This document shows positions 61,019-64,000 of a DNA stretch of 64,000 bases, one piece after another. The translations under genes were made by a program, and so were the position numbers. Each line of letters starts with the position of its first letter. Positions within the stretch are counted from its first letter, which is position 1. The stretch is taken from assembly GCA_026936335.1 (NCBI GenBank), contig JAPMXV010000059.1:186001-250000 (forward strand), in the 5' to 3' direction. Source of the DNA: Mantamonas sphyraenae STR306. Taxonomy: Eukaryota; Protista; CRuMs. The notes below the pieces were generated by a model, which searched no databases, was not told the origin of the DNA, and saw only the letters and a list, made by a program, of their open reading frames with translations.

Positions 61019-62398
61019 TCATTCCAGCACGTCCATTTGTTCGGCAGTCAGCTTGCGCCACTTTTGCTTCTGTTCGTTGAGAAACTCGTCGAGCTTGGCG
61101 ATGTTTGCGTTCATCTGGTCGTTCTGCGACTCACACTCTTTGAGCGATTCGCCAAGCTGCATGAGGGTGACTTCCAGCTTGTGGAAGCGCTGGGTGTTTT
61201 GGCGCAGCAGGTCGTCGAGTTCGCCCTGGTGCATAATGGATTGAGTCAAGCTGTTTGTGTTTGTGTTGCGTTGCGTGCTCGTGTCGAGCAACGCACTGGT
61301 GTGCAGACTGCTGTCACTGTTGTTGTTGTTGTTGTTGTTGTTGTTGGCATTTGTGTGCAGGCTGCCGTACAGTTTGCTGCTGTCCAGGCTGGAGGAAAGG
61401 TAGCGAGAGTAGGACGGCGTGCCCACTACAAACTCGCTGGCTTTGTACAAGGCGCCGGCCCCCTTGCCGGTGGTGGCCTTGCCATTGGCAATGGTGCCCA
61501 CGTCGACTGCACTGGTATTGATGGCGCCTGTGCTTGTGCCCAGCATGCTCAGTGTGCTGCTGGACAGCCCTGGTGTGGACGGAAAGGGCGTGCTTGTCGT
61601 CACTCCGCCTGCAAGGACACTCGAACGGCTCGTCTGCACGGGTGTCCCCGTCTCTGTGCCACCTGCCGACCCGCTACTGCTGCTGCCACTCACACTGCCG
61701 GCAGACATGGATTCAAAGCTGACCTTGCGTTTGGCTGCGGGCGTGCTGGGGCCTCGTTTGCTGCTGCGGCTGCTGCTCGACAACGCCGACGCCACACTTG
61801 ACGACAACGGCATCAAATGGTCTGTGGATGGAGGGACACACACATGAGGCCATGTGGGCCACATAGGATGGAAGTTAGTCGAGTGAGGGTCAGATTCGGG
61901 TCACCTGTGGAGGGTGTACGGATTGGCCGTTGGTGACACCGCGCGGCAAACACACCTTTGGGCACTGTGGCCCGTTCTCCAGAGTCCAACTGTACAGACA
62001 GTGCCCCCGCTGACATGTCCTGGTTGGTGTCTGCCACGTGGACCACGTCGCCCACTTTCATCTCAAAGGACCCCTCGGAGAAGGCCATGGTGGCCACAAA
62101 CATGGTTGCCATGGCCGGTCCAAAGGATTTTCTGGTTTCGTTTGGCCCCCCATGAGCGTGGTGCGACCAGATGCCACTGCATCCGACGGCCCTGCATCCT
62201 TACTGCACGGATCTCTGCACACCACCTCGCTTCTGGCAGGTGGCAATGGCGCTGACGGCAGCAACCGGGTCCAGGGACGCGTTCCGGCCGCCTCCAGCAG
62301 CAGCCACGGCGCGGGTAGCGTAGAAGACGACACCACCGAGAGTGAAAGTCGCTCGGAAGACGAATCACATGAAGAGCACTCTCACGAAGGAGTTTCAT
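61019..62398 (-). CDS. SH3-like domain + Ser/Thr-rich linker + C-terminal coiled coil protein; 5' end uncertain (62112 or ~62398)
   Basis: FVATMAFSEGSFEMKVGDVVHV..GERATVPKG resembles SH3; heptad-rich C-terminus; the upstream exon needs a frameshift near 62346. Confidence 0.55.
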
Positions 62399-62487
62399 CG
62401 CAGCAGCAAGGGAGCAGGCAGATGTTTGAAGGCGGCAAGGGACGAGTGGCGGGCGGCAAACCGAACGGCGCTGCAGCAGGGGGACGC

Positions 62488-64000
62488 ATGTTTGCACCGC
62501 AGACCTACAGCGGACTAAGGGACATGGGCGATGATGGAAAGCCCGTGGGAGCAACGCGGGCGAACAAGAAGCGGCGATCGAAGCGGAACGGGCGAAACGC
62601 GAGGGGCGGGTCAACGGGTGGCGGCGTCGATGCAACCGGCAGCCCGGGACGCGCGGCTGTGCAATTGCCGTCCACGGGAAAACGTGGAATGACGCGTAAA
62701 GACATTGGGGTGCGCAATGCCAAGCCAGACTGGCTGCGCAAGCATGAACGCGCCGAAAGCGGGCAGAGCAACACTGGGAAGCGGCGTAGCAAAACGGCCG
62801 GCGCCACACGACGGCCACTGACGGGAGAGGCGGAAACAGTGCGGCAACGCAGCAGTGGATCGGCGTCGTCACTGAAAGAAGTGTTTGGTTCCTCGTTGAA
62901 CGAGGAGGAGATGGCGACGCTGGCAAAGTCGCTGGAACTGGGTCAGGAAAACAGCGAAGATCTGCAGCAGGATGCCATTGTGCAGGACGACAAACTGTTG
63001 ATGAGAGTCAGCGGACACACTCACAGACGCCTGGACCCAATGCACATGGTGGAGACATCGCCGGGCCATGGAGGCACCACCAGCAACGGTGGTGGCCATG
63101 GAAGCGGCGGCGCAGAAGGCAAGCGAAGACACAGCGACGATGTGCTCGTTGTGGCCATGCTGCCCTCCAGCCACGAACAGGAGCTTAAACGACGCCTCAG
63201 TGTGGGCATTGTGGACAAGCAAAACACAGATGGGGACTCACGCGCACTCGCACAAGGGTCAGGAAGAGCAGCGGCGCATCAACAACAACAGCACACACAG
63301 CACGGGGAGCACAGGCGAGCTCAGACTGCCAGTGGAAGCGTACGAAGGCGTCCAAAGACCAGCAGCCATGGCAACGGCAGCGGCACTGGGGTGTTTCGGT
63401 CGGTGGATGACTACGCATCGGCCGTGCGCACGCGTCCTGGCGACACGGACGGTATCAGCCAGTGGGCGTTGGAAGAGGCCGAGTCCTCCGAAGCGCCGCA
63501 GCGATCTCGCAATGGCAACCACAACGAGGAGGGAGACGGGCAGGTGGACGAAGAGTTGGCACACAGTGTCGAGATGAATCTGCGAGAACTGCGCCGTCTG
63601 CAGGCCCGTTCACGTGCAGAGGGCAACACAGCAAGCCTGGATTGGCGTCCTGACCATTGGTACACCACAAAGGGTGGCGGAGAAAATGGGATGTCTGGGC
63701 GCAAGCTGAATGCCACTGCTCCGCCTCAACGAGCAAAGAGTGCATACGAACGATCGCGCGGGCGCTCGGCAGGATCCAAGTTGGATCGTGAGCAAACGGT
63801 GATGGAGGAAGAGAAACGCACCCAGCGTGCATTGCAACGGCGCGCCAGTCGCCGTGCATCAGCGCACGCCGCAGGCAAGTCGCAGGGTGAAGAGCAGGTG
63901 CGGGCACGTGCGCCTCAAAGTGCACACGCATCGGCAAGGCGGACATCGCTGCACAGTCGCGGCGGATCACGAGGGACGGGTGCCGCACAGTCGTCGCAAG
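62488..64000 (+). CDS. N-terminal part of a low-complexity R/S/G-rich protein running off the window
   Basis: Frame from MFAPQTYSGLRDMGDDGKP appears open to the window end; not in the ORF track because no stop lies in the window. Confidence 0.7.
   Translation, partial: MFAPQTYSGLRDMGDDGKPVGATRANKKRRSKRNGRNARGGSTGGGVDATGSPGRAAVQLPSTGKRGMTRKDIGVRNAKPDWLRKHERAESGQSNTGKRRSKTAGATRRPLTGEAETVRQRSSGSASSLKEVFGSSLNEEEMATLAKSLELGQENSEDLQQDAIVQDDKLLMRVSGHTHRRLDPMHMVETSPGHGGTTSNGGGHGSGGAEGKRRHSDDVLVVAMLPSSHEQELKRRLSVGIVDKQNTDGDSRALAQGSGRAAAHQQQQHTQHGEHRRAQTASGSVRRRPKTSSHGNGSGTGVFRSVDDYASAVRTRPGDTDGISQWALEEAESSEAPQRSRNGNHNEEGDGQVDEELAHSVEMNLRELRRLQARSRAEGNTASLDWRPDHWYTTKGGGENGMSGRKLNATAPPQRAKSAYERSRGRSAGSKLDREQTVMEEEKRTQRALQRRASRRASAHAAGKSQGEEQVRARAPQSAHASARRTSLHSRGGSRGTGAAQSSQ

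Noticed and set aside
1-64000. Alternative genetic code, CRISPR, transposons, rRNA/tRNA
   Set aside because: TGA, TAG and TAA all end genes and long ORFs read through under the standard code; no repeat-spacer array, transposase or structural RNA recognised.

Overview
Eukaryotic nuclear DNA (roughly 60% GC by eye) from a very gene-dense flagellated protist. About 23 protein-coding genes, short GT-AG introns with a conserved RCTRAC branch point, and intergenic gaps mostly 20-140 bp. Organism not identifiable from sequence alone; gene content (DNAI1, LAMTOR5, INTS11, RNF8, XRRA1, PBX-like TALE) suggests a free-living heterotrophic flagellate near Amorphea (inference). Gene order after manual splicing: orphan multi-pass membrane protein (-, missed by the ORF track), CC2D1/Lgd, eIF3b, zeta-COP, DNAI1, LAMTOR5, an RRM-fumarate reductase-cytochrome b5 reductase fusion, a type I membrane protein, ATG13, a PBX-like homeobox, two tandem RPA2 copies, INTS11, a ~6,050 aa giant surface receptor, BIG/Sec7 ARF-GEF, a small membrane protein, RNF8-like E3, a hyper-acidic secreted protein, signal peptide peptidase, XRRA1, and three uncharacterised genes. 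About ten single-base frameshifts, mostly in homopolymer runs, look like long-read assembly errors. Best novelty candidates: (1) the giant LamG/filamin/IPT/Ig receptor with ~9 TM helices and two cytoplasmic RGS-like domains; (2) the RRM-fused NADH:fumarate reductase; (3) a gene-orientation-independent G/C strand skew with an abrupt flip near 24.9 kb, suggesting a fixed replication origin; (4) RPA2 duplicates that appear homogenised by gene conversion; (5) introns at or inside start codons, and divergent start codons as little as 21 bp apart. No rRNA, tRNA, CRISPR or mobile element recognised. All family calls are from motif recognition, not database searches.
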